Shown here piece after piece: positions 26,602 to 35,985 of a DNA stretch of 64,000 bases. The stretch comes from Candidatus Kerfeldbacteria bacterium (lineage in GTDB: Bacteria; Patescibacteriota; Patescibacteriia; SBBC01). Positions within the stretch are counted from its first letter, which is position 1. Each line of letters opens with the position of its first letter. A model generated the notes under the pieces. It searched no databases and was not told the origin of the DNA. It worked only from the letters and a program-made list of their open reading frames with translations. The stretch spans positions 10,265 through 74,264 of the forward strand of contig JACQPY010000007.1 in assembly GCA_016207275.1 (NCBI GenBank). The letters run 5' to 3'. The position numbers and the translations under genes are program-made.

Positions 26602-29178
26602 GTGTCTATCATGACAGAAAAAAGTATGCCAGACCTCCAAAAAATCTACGATCCAAAATCGGTTGAACAGCCGACCTACCAGCGCTGGTTAAAGTCTGGT
26701 TACTTCAACCCTGACAAGTTGCCGAACGCGAAGAAGCGCAAACCATTCTCGATTGCCATGCCGCCACCGAACGTTACCGGCGAGCTGCACATCGGCCACT
26801 CGCTCGATCTCACGACCCAAGACATTCTCACGCGCTGGAAACGGATGAGCGGATTCGCGTCACTGTGGCTGCCGGGCACTGACCACGCCGGCATTGCCAC
26901 GCAAATCCTGGTCGAACGGACGCTCCGCGAACAGGGCATCTCGCGCTACGCCATCGGCCGGGAAACATTTTTGAAGCACGTCTGGCAATGGAAAGAAAAA
27001 TACGGCGAACGCATTGTCGAGCAAATCAAGCGCCTGGGCGCCTCCTGCGACTGGTCGCGCGAGCACTTTACCATGGACCCGCGGCTGTCCGAAGCGGTGC
27101 AAACCGCCTTTGTTCGGCTGTACCACGACGGCTTGGTCTACCGCGGCGAACGGGTCATCCACTGGTGTACCGATGACCAAACGGGTATTTCCGACCTGGA
27201 AGTCGACTACCGCGAAGAGGCCGGCACCCTCTGGTACATTCGCTACCCGCTGCTGACCGGCAACGAGTACGTCACCGTGGCCACCACCCGACCGGAAACC
27301 ATGCTCGGCGACACCGGCGTGGCCGTCCACCCCGACGATCCGCGCTACAAAAAAATTCTCGGCCAGCGGGTTAAGCTGCCGATTTCCGGACGGATCGTGC
27401 CGATCGTCGCTGATCGCGCCGTTGACCCGCAGTTTGGCACGGGCGCGGTCAAGGTCACCCCGGCCCACGACGTGCTTGACTTTGAAATCGGCGAGCGGCA
27501 GGGTTTGTCTAAGCTCGTGGTCATCGATCACCACGGCCGGATGACGGCCGCCGCCGGTCGTGACTTTACCGGGATGGGCACGCTCGAAGCGCGCGAATTG
27601 GTCGTCCGACTGCTCCGCGAATCCGGCAACCTCGTTAAGACCGAAGACTTCACCCACAACGTCGCGTACTGCTCACGGTCGGCGACACGAATCGAGCCGT
27701 TGCTCTCCAGGCAGTGGTTCGTTAAAACCAAACCGCTGGCTACTTTGGCCTTGGCTGCCCTCCGGTCGAAGAAAACCGTGGTCGTTCCTGAACGGTTTGC
27801 CAAAGTTCTGGTCCGCTGGCTCACCAACATCCGCGACTGGAACATTTCCCGCCAGCTGTGGTGGGGCCACCGCTTGCCGATCTGGTACTGCATTGCCTGC
27901 GACGAGCCGGTCGCCTCGATTAAAGAACCCAAAGCCACCTGCCGGCGTTGCCGTAACCGCGGTTACCGACATGACGACGATACGCTCGATACCTGGTTCT
28001 CCTCGGCCCTGTGGACCTTTTCCACCCTCGGTTGGCCAAAAAAAACCAAAGACTTGAGACGGTTCCACCCCACGGCCGTTCTTGGCACCGGCTGGGACAT
28101 CCTCTTTTTCTGGGTCGCCCGGATGGTGATGTTTTCACGCTACTTCCTGAAAGAAGTACCGTTCAAAACCGTCTACATTCACGGTCTCGTGCTCAATCAA
28201 CAGGGCCAGAAAATGTCCAAATCAAAAGGCACCGGCATTGACCCCATCCCAATGGCCGAGAAATACGGAACTGATGCGCTGCGCCTCTCGTTGGTCGTCG
28301 GCACGGCACCCGGTCTCGACTTCCGCATGTCCGAGCAGAAAATCGCCGGTCAGCGAAACTTCTGCAACAAACTCTGGAACGTCAGCCGGTATGTGCTAAC
28401 ACAGCCCCCCCTTGCTAAGGGGGGGCGGAGGAGCCGCCAGGCGCCGCGGGGGGGTGGGAGCAGGGGTGGTACGTTCGCCGATGCCTGGATTCTCGCTCGA
28501 CTTAACGAAGTTACAAGTACCGTCACCCAGCACCTCGACAAGTACCAATTCGGACTGGCGGTGGAGGCCTTGCAACAATTTCTGTGGAAAGACTTTGCTG
28601 ACTGGTACGTGGAGATTCACAAAGTTGAAAAGAACACGGCCGTGCTGCGCCATGTCCTGCGACAATGCCTAATACTCCTCCATCCCTTTGCGCCGTTTAT
28701 CACTGAAGCAATCTGGAAAGCCATGGGCGAAAAACGGCTGCTGATGATCGAATCGTGGCCAACTAACAAAAATCGGTACCAGCATGAGCTTCGAACTATT
28801 CAAGGGTTCAAAAACTTTCAACGCCTGGTAATCGGCCTGCGCAACCTCAAAATCCACGGCGCCAACAACCAACCGCTGTCAATCCAACCAACTACTAAGC
28901 TCAACCGTGAACTGCTGGCCAGACTGACTGGCGTTGCCTTCGCCGACCAAGCACCGACTGAGGCTGACCGCGTCGTCATCGCCGATGAGCAGTTGATGGT
29001 GCCGGGGGCGGTGGCCAAACAATATGCCGACTGGCGCCGGCGCGAAGTCGAGCAGCTCAACCGCTACATCGCTCAAAAAGAACAACTCGTCGCCAACGCC
29101 AAAGCGCCGGAGCACGTGCGGGCGCAAGCTCAAGCCGATCTGAATGCCGCTCGGAGCCGGATAGCCGAACTAGAGTAA
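26602..29178 (+). CDS. valS: Valine--tRNA ligase
   Basis: HIGH (ELHIGHSLDL), KMSKS, and a C-terminal coiled coil. GTG start at 26602 or ATG at 26611. It contains an in-frame GC-rich palindromic insertion at 28404-28470. Confidence 0.9.
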   Translation: MSIMTEKSMPDLQKIYDPKSVEQPTYQRWLKSGYFNPDKLPNAKKRKPFSIAMPPPNVTGELHIGHSLDLTTQDILTRWKRMSGFASLWLPGTDHAGIATQILVERTLREQGISRYAIGRETFLKHVWQWKEKYGERIVEQIKRLGASCDWSREHFTMDPRLSEAVQTAFVRLYHDGLVYRGERVIHWCTDDQTGISDLEVDYREEAGTLWYIRYPLLTGNEYVTVATTRPETMLGDTGVAVHPDDPRYKKILGQRVKLPISGRIVPIVADRAVDPQFGTGAVKVTPAHDVLDFEIGERQGLSKLVVIDHHGRMTAAAGRDFTGMGTLEARELVVRLLRESGNLVKTEDFTHNVAYCSRSATRIEPLLSRQWFVKTKPLATLALAALRSKKTVVVPERFAKVLVRWLTNIRDWNISRQLWWGHRLPIWYCIACDEPVASIKEPKATCRRCRNRGYRHDDDTLDTWFSSALWTFSTLGWPKKTKDLRRFHPTAVLGTGWDILFFWVARMVMFSRYFLKEVPFKTVYIHGLVLNQQGQKMSKSKGTGIDPIPMAEKYGTDALRLSLVVGTAPGLDFRMSEQKIAGQRNFCNKLWNVSRYVLTQPPLAKGGRRSRQAPRGGGSRGGTFADAWILARLNEVTSTVTQHLDKYQFGLAVEALQQFLWKDFADWYVEIHKVEKNTAVLRHVLRQCLILLHPFAPFITEAIWKAMGEKRLLMIESWPTNKNRYQHELRTIQGFKNFQRLVIGLRNLKIHGANNQPLSIQPTTKLNRELLARLTGVAFADQAPTEADRVVIADEQLMVPGAVAKQYADWRRREVEQLNRYIAQKEQLVANAKAPEHVRAQAQADLNAARSRIAELE
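28404..28470. repeat. Palindromic element inserted in-frame in valS (GCCCCCCCTTgctAAGGGGGGGC plus a GCGGaggagCCGC hairpin and a GGGGGGGTGGGAG tail)
   Basis: It shares the tail motif CGCGGGG(A/G)GGTGGGAG with the tsaD element. It encodes PPLAKGGRRSRQAPRGGGSRGG in a variable loop between RYVL and ADxWIL. Confidence 0.65.
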
Positions 29179-29222
29179 TTCAAACACCTCGGCCAGCTCT
29201 TTGGCGGCTTTGGCAGAACTGG
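29165..29222 (-). pseudogene. Orphan duplicated 3' end of the CsoR/RcnR-family gene (...SAKAAKELAEVFELL*)
   Basis: The 23-bp perfect direct repeat gccagctctttggcggctttggc at 29192-29214 and 29819-29841 (about 33 bp with 1 mismatch). The minus-strand translation reproduces the last 13-15 aa of the 29797..30060 gene. Confidence 0.6.
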
Positions 29223-29335
29223 AGTAATGCTAAAGTTCTCGACTTCGCTCGAACAGCAGTTTTATTATTGTTCTTCGAGCGCCCCGCCATGCGGCGGGGG
29301 AGTCGAGAAGTGCACGACACTTGTAACCGCCGCGT

Positions 29336-29800
29336 TTATATCAATGCTAGCTGTTTGTCGAGCGGTGGATTTGAAAAATATGCACGAACATCAAAGCTCG
29401 AGTCAACCAGCTCAATCATTTCCATACTTCCGCGCTCGATGAGTTTGAATCCCGGCCTTTGAAGGTTAACGCTTTTGAAGAGCTGGTAGTTCGAAACGGT
29501 GAAATCGGCATCGCCGCGTTCGGTGCGTGTCGGGTCAGGTGCGCGTATCTTCAGCAGCCTTAAATCGCCGGCGACCGTGCGCAGCGGATCTATTTGAAAC
29601 AGCGGGCCGGTTGGTGTTTCCTTAATAACGCTTCCAAAATGTCGCGCCGCATCGACGAGCGTTGTATATTCATCTTGGGTCTGCGCGAAAACTGCAGCAT
29701 AGTTGACTGGTGCGTTTGTCTCACTCGTATGTTTATCACGAAGATTGCGTGACTGCGTTACAATTTCCTGCACCAATGACTTGAGGTCTTCAGCGGTCAC
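29336..29800 (-). CDS. Hypothetical protein, located inside the lower-GC segment bounded by the duplicated csoR-family gene end
   Basis: 154-aa ORF. No recognisable motif. Its 4-bp overlap with the downstream gene start is created by the insertion. Confidence 0.45.
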   Translation of the reverse strand: MTAEDLKSLVQEIVTQSRNLRDKHTSETNAPVNYAAVFAQTQDEYTTLVDAARHFGSVIKETPTGPLFQIDPLRTVAGDLRLLKIRAPDPTRTERGDADFTVSNYQLFKSVNLQRPGFKLIERGSMEMIELVDSSFDVRAYFSNPPLDKQLALI

Positions 29801-30060
29801 AGCAGCTCAAATAGCTCAGCCAGCTCTTTGGCGGCTTTGGCGGTTTTGCCACTGGCGACATCAGCGGCCACCGACGTGTTCAAGTACTGTTCAATCAAGG
29901 CGGCGTCGAACTTTTTGAGGGCGTTTTGCACGGCCCGCGACTGACGCAACACTTCAACAGCCGGTTTACCGTCAGCCAGCATCTTGCGAATGGCGGTCAA
30001 GTGGCCGTCAATAATCGCCAGCCGGTGCTCAATGGTTCGCCTCGAATCCATGCCTTTCAT
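29797..30060 (-). CDS. CsoR/RcnR/FrmR-family (DUF156) metal-sensing transcriptional repressor
   Basis: IEHRLAIIDGHLTAIRKML...VLRQSRAVQNAL. The start was chosen at MKGMDSRR (30060). The longer ORF-track form is unlikely. Confidence 0.65.
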   Translation of the reverse strand: MKGMDSRRTIEHRLAIIDGHLTAIRKMLADGKPAVEVLRQSRAVQNALKKFDAALIEQYLNTSVAADVASGKTAKAAKELAELFELL

Positions 30061-30136
30061 ACATACCTCTTTCCGATCATTCGCCCTATTCGTAAGTATT
30101 CGCAGGGGATTGTGGGCGAATGTGCTGACAACCTGA

Positions 30137-30155
30137 ATCCCCCGTAGGGGGATTA
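30137..30155. repeat. Perfect palindrome AATCCCCCgtaGGGGGATT
   Basis: Intergenic, between the csoR-family gene and pilB. Confidence 0.5.
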
Positions 30156-30210
30156 TACCATTGCCCAGATTGCTTAACAATCCCCACCACCTCCCCACCG
30201 CTTCGCGGTC

Positions 30211-30232
30211 TCCCCTCCACAATTGTGGAGGG
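30211..30232. repeat. Perfect 22-nt palindrome CCCCTCCACAATTGTGGAGGGG (palindromic element family variant)
   Basis: The sequence equals its own reverse complement. It lies in the csoR-pilB intergenic region and is followed by a GTCC/GGAC hairpin. Confidence 0.6.
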
Positions 30233-30258
30233 GATGTCCGGAGGACAGGGGCGGTGAC

Positions 30259-31950
30259 TTACTCCGCCACCGAAAATACCTCTTCCACCGTGGTAATCCC
30301 ATCTAGCGCTTTCAGTAATCCATCTTGCGCCATGGTCAGCATGCCTTGGTCGCGGGCCAGTTCGCGCAGGTCAGCCTCGGCGGCCGTGCCGGAGAGAATT
30401 AATTTTTCCAGCTGGCCGTTCATCTCTAAAACCTCAAAAATGCCGATCCGGCCGCGGTAGCCAATCCCGTGGCAAACATCGCAGCCCGCGCCTTTCTTAA
30501 ACCGCCACGACGTGTGCTGGCCAGGTCGATCAGGACTGGAAGCGGGGATGTCGGCCAGCGCGCGCTTGACCCGTTCGAGCATTTCCGGATCAAGCTGATC
30601 GTCGACGACGCACCGGTCGCAAATCTTGCGGACCAGCCGCTGGCCCATCATCAAGTTCAAGGCCGGCGCCAGCAGGTACGGCTTCGTGCCCATGGACAGC
30701 AATCGCGGGATGACGCCGATGGCATCGTTGGTGTGCAGCGTCGAGAGCACGAGGTGGCCGGTCAGCGCCGCCTGAATCGCGGTCTCGGCCGTTTCCAGGT
30801 CGCGAATTTCGCCGACCATAACGATGTCCGGGTCTTGCCGCAGCATGGCGCGCAAGCCCTTGGCAAAGGTGTAGCCCTTTGACCAATCGACTTGACTTTG
30901 GTTGATCCCAGGCAAGCTGTATTCGATCGGATCTTCCAGGGTGATGATCTTGGTGTCCGGTTTGTTCAGCTTGACGGCAATAGCATAGAGCGTCGTGGTT
31001 TTTCCGGAACCGGTCGGCCCCGAGGTAAGGAGCATGCCGTTCGGCCGGTCGATGTGCTGCACCAACAATCTGAAGGCTCGACCGCGCAGGCCCAGCTGCT
31101 CGAAGGTGATGCTGACGTTTGAGCCCATCAGGAGCCGCATGACGACGCTTTCGCCGTAGGCGGTCGGCAGGGTCGAGACGCGAACGTCAATGTGCTGGTT
31201 ATCGAGCAGCAGCGTCACCCGGCCGTCCTGCGGCACCTTATCAACGTTAATTTTCAATCCGGCAATCAGCTTGATGCGGTTGATGATCCGCGGCCAAGCG
31301 TCCTTGGGTAAGGCGGCGACCGTCTGCAGCACGCCGTCAATTCGGTAGCGGACCTTAACATCCTGCTCCTCGGCCTCGATGTGGACGTCAGAAGCGGCGG
31401 CCTCGATCGCCCCGGCTAGGATGAGCGTAAAGACTTCGGTCAGCGGCACGCTCCTGACCTTCTGTTCGAGGGCGCGAAAATCTTTCAGTTCCTGCCGGTA
31501 CCGTCGGACCGCATCCTGCCGAATCTCGAGGCCGGTCGTAACTTTACGCGGCTGGGGAATGCGGTCGTAGAGTTTTAGCGCGCTCAAAAAGCTGTGCTCA
31601 GAAATGACGTACAGGCCGACGTGGGCGTTGTTCTCAGCGGCGATTGTCTCAACCAGTTGGGCCACACCGTCGCGCTCCGGATCAACGGCCGCCAGCCGAA
31701 TTTCATGGCCGCTCCGCAAGAAACAAACTACCTGGAGCTTAACGGCCACGTCCTTGGCAATCGTCGCCAGCGTTTCCGGACCGATCGGAAAACCGGTCAA
31801 GTTTATGTAGGGCAAACCTAAGCGCGACCCGCGCTCCTGCGTCAGGTGCTCTTTCTCCTTCAGCTTGATCTCCGCCATCTTCTCGCGGAACTTCTCTTCG
31901 GTTTCCGGCGAGGCAATGCGGAGATTCGACGTTTGGTCATCCATGTCCAC
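30259..31950 (-). CDS. Type II/IV secretion system ATPase GspE/PilB
   Basis: Walker A LLTSGPTGSGKTTTLYA. Asp box. A His box region. N-terminal GSPII-like domain. Confidence 0.85.
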   Translation of the reverse strand: MDMDDQTSNLRIASPETEEKFREKMAEIKLKEKEHLTQERGSRLGLPYINLTGFPIGPETLATIAKDVAVKLQVVCFLRSGHEIRLAAVDPERDGVAQLVETIAAENNAHVGLYVISEHSFLSALKLYDRIPQPRKVTTGLEIRQDAVRRYRQELKDFRALEQKVRSVPLTEVFTLILAGAIEAAASDVHIEAEEQDVKVRYRIDGVLQTVAALPKDAWPRIINRIKLIAGLKINVDKVPQDGRVTLLLDNQHIDVRVSTLPTAYGESVVMRLLMGSNVSITFEQLGLRGRAFRLLVQHIDRPNGMLLTSGPTGSGKTTTLYAIAVKLNKPDTKIITLEDPIEYSLPGINQSQVDWSKGYTFAKGLRAMLRQDPDIVMVGEIRDLETAETAIQAALTGHLVLSTLHTNDAIGVIPRLLSMGTKPYLLAPALNLMMGQRLVRKICDRCVVDDQLDPEMLERVKRALADIPASSPDRPGQHTSWRFKKGAGCDVCHGIGYRGRIGIFEVLEMNGQLEKLILSGTAAEADLRELARDQGMLTMAQDGLLKALDGITTVEEVFSVAE

Positions 31951-32061
31951 TCAGTATACCCCGTGACCGACTTTATTGAAATTACCACACCCGCTCGCGG
32001 GGCTGCGTTTGATGCGTGCGCAACCGCCCCACAGACTGTGGTTAAGAACTCACTACGTTCA

Positions 32062-32172
32062 GCCCCTCCTCGACTGAGGGGGGCTAATTGGGGTGTCAGT
32101 TTTGGGCTCAGGCTGATGGGATGGTTTCTCCTCTCCCTTCCAGGGAGAGGTTGGGTGAGGGTTTCACTGTCA
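32062..32172. repeat. Palindromic element cluster: AGCCCCTCCTCgactGAGGGGGGCT plus CCTCTCCCTtccAGGGAGAGG with a GGGTGAGGG tail
   Basis: Intergenic between pilB and the DHH gene. Same arm motif as the other copies. Confidence 0.55.
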
Positions 32173-32185
32173 TCGACCTCGGCCG

Positions 32186-33316
32186 CTACTTAAACAAGCT
32201 CTCGACGATCTTGGTGACGCTGGCTTCAGCGGCGCCGAGGTCAGGGTAGGTTGACTTCCAGATGACCAGGTTTTGCGCGCCGTGTACCGCCGCCCCGGGG
32301 AAAAGCTTGAGCAAGTTGATGGCGTTAGTGGCGCTGGCCAGGACCGTAACGATTCCGCGGCGGGCGTAGATGATAGCGATCAGCTGGGCCGTCGGAACGT
32401 TGACGATAAGCTCGTCGATGACGCGCGGCAGCTCATCTTCGGTGGCTTCGGCCTTAGCAAAATCTTGCTCGGACAGCAGTGAGTAAACGAACCGGCCGTC
32501 GAACTTTTCTTGCAGCCGCGCCAGCGCCCGCCCCCAGAGCTTCAGCGTGCCGAGCGACTTCGACTGAAACAAGTTGTCGATAATTTCCTCGCGCCGGGCG
32601 CCCGAGGCAATCAGGTGGCTGGCGACGGCCAGCGAGCGCGGCGTCACGTTCGGCGTCTGGAAGCTCTTGGTTTTAGAAATGATGCCGGTCAGCAAGGTCG
32701 TCGCCACCTGCTCGTCGAGGACGTTAAACCCTAACGCCTTGACCAACTCAAATACCAGCTCCGAGGTCGAGCTGGCGGTCAGGTCAACCAGGTTGACTGC
32801 GCCGTAGTGGGTGTTTTTGGCGCGGTGATCGACGTTCAAAATCGGCACGCGGTAGAAAAACTCGGCGTTGTTGGTGGCTAGCTCGCCGAGCAGTTCGAGA
32901 TCGGCCGCATCAACGGTAACCACCAGATCGTAGGCGTAGTTGCCGGCGCCGGTGGTCACGTCTCGAGCCTCGTAGAAGCCGTCTTTGGGCGTGACCAAGA
33001 CGTTGAGCTTACCATCCTCGATGGCGTAGCTCAGCTCGTCGACGGCTACCTTGGAAACATCGAGGGTGATGATGAACTGGCGGATGTTCTTCAACTCTTT
33101 TTCGATGGCGTTGCTCTTCGGCAAGAAACCGTGGTTGGCTGGCAACTCGAACTGGCTACAGACAATCCGGGCGCGCTTGCCCAGTTTTTCCAGCGTCAAG
33201 AACAACCCCAGGCCGCCGGCAATGGCGTCCGACGACGGCCGGACGGGCAGACAGATGAGGATATTCTTGCTCCGGTTGAGCAGTTCGACGGCTTGGTGGA
33301 GGGAGGTCAGTTCCAT
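32186..33316 (-). CDS. DHH-family phosphoesterase (NrnA-like), motifs partly degenerate
   Basis: Domain order and length fit DHH plus DHHA1. ILICLPVRPSSDAIAG sits at the DHH motif position. Confidence 0.5.
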   Translation of the reverse strand: MELTSLHQAVELLNRSKNILICLPVRPSSDAIAGGLGLFLTLEKLGKRARIVCSQFELPANHGFLPKSNAIEKELKNIRQFIITLDVSKVAVDELSYAIEDGKLNVLVTPKDGFYEARDVTTGAGNYAYDLVVTVDAADLELLGELATNNAEFFYRVPILNVDHRAKNTHYGAVNLVDLTASSTSELVFELVKALGFNVLDEQVATTLLTGIISKTKSFQTPNVTPRSLAVASHLIASGARREEIIDNLFQSKSLGTLKLWGRALARLQEKFDGRFVYSLLSEQDFAKAEATEDELPRVIDELIVNVPTAQLIAIIYARRGIVTVLASATNAINLLKLFPGAAVHGAQNLVIWKSTYPDLGAAEASVTKIVESLFK

Positions 33317-33524
33317 GGTTTAACTACACCCTCCAAGATGCTTTGTAGAGAATGGGTTATCTTACTGAGCCGGGCAAAACCTGTCAACCCCGTTAGGGCG
33401 TCGGCGTGAAGTATCCTGAAAACTGAAACCTACCACGAACTAATTACCTCGGCCTCTCTAACCGGGTCACGTTTCGGCGCCGTTTGGCTGGCCGCCGGGG
33501 CCAGCGCCTGCTAGCATAGGCACT

Positions 33525-34055
33525 ATGGCTCGCTCCGTCACCGTGACGACCGATTCGCCCGCCGCCACCCGTCGACTGGCCGCTGCCCTTGGCCGAGCTG
33601 CCCGGGCTGGAGAAATTGTTGCCTTGACCGGCGGTCTTGGCAGCGGCAAAACGACCTTCGCCCAAGCCTTGGCGCGGGCGGCGGGTGTTCGTTCGCGGCT
33701 GCGGAGTCCAACGTTTGTGATCGCGGCCAGCTACCGCACCGGACGTCAACTGGCCCGACAGCTCCACCATCTTGACCTCTACCGGTTACGCCGGTTGTCA
33801 GTGACCGACACCGCCACGGTGACCGAAGTACTCGGCGACCGTCAAGCAATTATCATCGTCGAGTGGGCTGACCGGCTGGATCGTCGGCAGCTCCCCCGAA
33901 ACCGAACGACCTTCCTTAACTTCCGTGTCCGCGTCAATCACCGGCGCGTCATTCGAGTTGTTGGCCGGCTTAGCCGCTTCGTGCCGGTAGGGCCGGGGCG
34001 ACGTCCTTTGGGAGGCTCGGCCGACCGCGCTGGACCTCGCTGCCGATCGGCCTAA
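33525..34055 (+). CDS. tsaE: tRNA threonylcarbamoyladenosine biosynthesis protein TsaE
   Basis: GEIVALTGGLGSGKTTFAQALARAAG...SPTFVIAASY...HLDLYRL. Confidence 0.8.
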   Translation: MARSVTVTTDSPAATRRLAAALGRAARAGEIVALTGGLGSGKTTFAQALARAAGVRSRLRSPTFVIAASYRTGRQLARQLHHLDLYRLRRLSVTDTATVTEVLGDRQAIIIVEWADRLDRRQLPRNRTTFLNFRVRVNHRRVIRVVGRLSRFVPVGPGRRPLGGSADRAGPRCRSA

Positions 34056-34284
34056 CCGAATCGTGAACCACCAACTTGGTTGGCGTTATCGCCACGACCT
34101 GCGAACGGTGGATGCGCAGGGTTGATTGAATTAGTGGCTGGACGAGACGGCTCGGACTGACCAGGTACGCGTTGACCAGGTGTGCTTCAACGTCCAGTTC
34201 GATGTCAACCACCCGGCCGAGACGGTTGCCGCTCTCGGTTTCAACTGGCAGGTGGTGGAGCTGCTTGAGCGAGACAATGCTCAT
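33970..34284 (-). CDS. PRC-barrel domain protein
   Basis: GNRLGRVVDIELDVEAHLVNAYLV fits the PRC barrel. Its convergent 86-nt overlap with tsaE makes the exact C-terminus uncertain. Confidence 0.45.
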   Translation of the reverse strand: MSIVSLKQLHHLPVETESGNRLGRVVDIELDVEAHLVNAYLVSPSRLVQPLIQSTLRIHRSQVVAITPTKLVVHDSVRPIGSEVQRGRPSLPKDVAPALPARSG

Positions 34285-35051
34285 GGCTTCGACTCAATCG
34301 TCGGCGGTCGCTTGGGCCGGGCCAAAATCTGCCGCTGACCAATCTGGAATAAGTTCCAGGTGATGTAGTAGAGTGATAGGCCGGCCGGCAGAATGTACGA
34401 GATGAAGGCGAAGCTGAAAGGGGTGATGTAGTTCATCTGTCGCAGGATGGAGGTGGCCGACCGTTCGTCTTTGGCGCCCGGAACACTCGGCGGCGTGCTC
34501 TTGGGGGCCAGCAGCCGGGTCAGAAGGAACTGTGACCCGCCAACGAGAATGGCTAGGACGATATTCTTGGTCGCGCTTAAGTCTAAAAACCCAAACGAGG
34601 TCGTCACGATTGGCGCGGCGGCGTAGATGTCGCGCAACGAGCCGTACAGGTCAGCCAGTCGTTCGGGGGCCAGCAGGTGCGTGACCGGGTCAATCTTGAG
34701 GCCAGAAATGAAAACTTGATAGAGGGCGATAAAGAAGGGGAACTGGACGATAATCGGCAGGCAAGAGGATAACGGATTAAACTTATGCTGACGGTAGAGG
34801 GCCATGGTCTGCCGAGCCAGCTCTTCGCGGTTGTTTTTGTGTTTCTGCTGCAGTTCCTTCAACTTCGGCTGCAGCTCTTGCAGCATTTGTGAGGAGCGGA
34901 CTTGGATCAATGATGGCCAGAAGAGTACCGTCAACGTCAGGATCGTGACGGCAATGATGGCCAGCCCCAAATCATGAACCGGGAGATAGTGGTAGGCCGC
35001 GATCAGGGCATTAAAGATCGGCCGGTAGAAGATGGTGTGGAACAGTGCCAT
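34281..35051 (-). CDS. yidC: Membrane protein insertase YidC (short form)
   Basis: 256 aa with 5 TM segments, in the conserved position after yidD/rnpA. Confidence 0.8.
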   Translation of the reverse strand: MALFHTIFYRPIFNALIAAYHYLPVHDLGLAIIAVTILTLTVLFWPSLIQVRSSQMLQELQPKLKELQQKHKNNREELARQTMALYRQHKFNPLSSCLPIIVQFPFFIALYQVFISGLKIDPVTHLLAPERLADLYGSLRDIYAAAPIVTTSFGFLDLSATKNIVLAILVGGSQFLLTRLLAPKSTPPSVPGAKDERSATSILRQMNYITPFSFAFISYILPAGLSLYYITWNLFQIGQRQILARPKRPPTIESKP

Positions 35052-35056
35052 CGTGG

Positions 35057-35299
35057 TCAGCGCACGGGGTCAAGGCCACCCGCGCTCCAGGGATTGCAGC
35101 GGAGCAAACGCCAGCCAGCCAGCCAGAGTCCCCGGATCAGGCCGTAGCGTTCCAGGGCTTTGATGGCGTAGCTGGAGCAGGAAGGGTGAAAACGACAAAA
35201 ACCATGGGGATACGCCGCCCGCCACCGTCCGTGGTCAGGAGAGAGCGTCCGTTGGTACCTCCGGATGAGGGCGGTAATGAGGGTAGTCAGTGGGTTCAT
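35057..35299 (-). CDS. yidD: Membrane protein insertion efficiency factor YidD
   Basis: [19 protein letters not shown] motif. Confidence 0.8.
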   Translation of the reverse strand: MNPLTTLITALIRRYQRTLSPDHGRWRAAYPHGFCRFHPSCSSYAIKALERYGLIRGLWLAGWRLLRCNPWSAGGLDPVR

Positions 35300-35643
35300 C
35301 GACGAGAGTTGCTGGTGACGCGATCAATCAGCCTGGCGCATTCGGCCGCCAAGTTGGCGAAGGGCTGCTGGAGAGCGCTCGATTTAGCAATGATGACGAG
35401 ATCGAACCCGCGGGCCGTGGGTAGCCGGGGCCGGACGGCTGCTCGGAGCTGCCGGCGCAGGCGGTTTCGCGCCGTCGCCCGCTTCGATACCTTCGTGCCG
35501 ACGACGATGCCGACCCGGGGTGTCGCCGTTGGTTTCGTTCGCCGTGCCCGGACGACGAGTGTCTGACCGCCAACCGCCCGCCCCTGCTGGTAGACCCGGC
35601 TAAAGGCGGTGGTGTGGCGGAGCCGGTTGGCACGCGACAGCAT
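35296..35643 (-). CDS. rnpA: RNase P protein component RnpA
   Basis: [22 protein letters not shown]..., Arg-rich. The start was chosen at the internal ATG 35643. The longer ORF-track form would overlap rpmH. Confidence 0.75.
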   Translation of the reverse strand: MLSRANRLRHTTAFSRVYQQGRAVGGQTLVVRARRTKPTATPRVGIVVGTKVSKRATARNRLRRQLRAAVRPRLPTARGFDLVIIAKSSALQQPFANLAAECARLIDRVTSNSRR

Positions 35644-35648
35644 ATCCC

Positions 35649-35795
35649 CTAGCGCACGCCCGGGGTCAGCCGTCGGCGACCTTTGCGTCGTCGACGGCTG
35701 AGTACCCGACGGCCGCCGGCGCACCGAGCGCGACGGAGAAAGCCGTGTACGCGATGACGGCGACGTTTCTTTGGTTGGTAGGTTCGCTTCGGCAT
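35649..35795 (-). CDS. rpmH: 50S ribosomal protein L34 (bL34)
   Basis: Manual translation gives [48 protein letters not shown]. It is too short for the ORF track. Conserved rpmH-rnpA-yidD-yidC order. Confidence 0.8.
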   Translation of the reverse strand: MPKRTYQPKKRRRHRVHGFLRRARCAGGRRVLSRRRRKGRRRLTPGVR

Positions 35796-35870
35796 ACTTT
35801 TCGTATTGTTACCGCAGTATAACAGTCAAAAACCGAAATCGTCAACGCGTGAGGGTTGAGTGGTGGGAAA

Positions 35871-35901
35871 ATTTCCACATTTCATGCACAGCTTCTCCAC
35901 A
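35871..35901. promoter_or_regulatory. DnaA-box-like 9-mers (TTTCCACA, TTCTCCACA) in the rpmH-dnaA intergenic region
   Basis: atttccaca at 35871-35879 and ttctccaca at 35893-35901. Each is 1 mismatch from TTATCCACA. Confidence 0.45.
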
Positions 35902-35985
35902 CCTAATCCATAAAATCATTAGTTTTTGATTCATCAAGTCGTGCTATAGTCTGTTAGTAGCTAGACGTAACGTACTGGGGTTTCC

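Noticed and set aside
33444-33849. Minus-strand ORFs overlapping tsaE
   Set aside because: These are antisense to a well-supported tsaE, with Arg/Pro-rich composition typical of GC-rich shadow frames.
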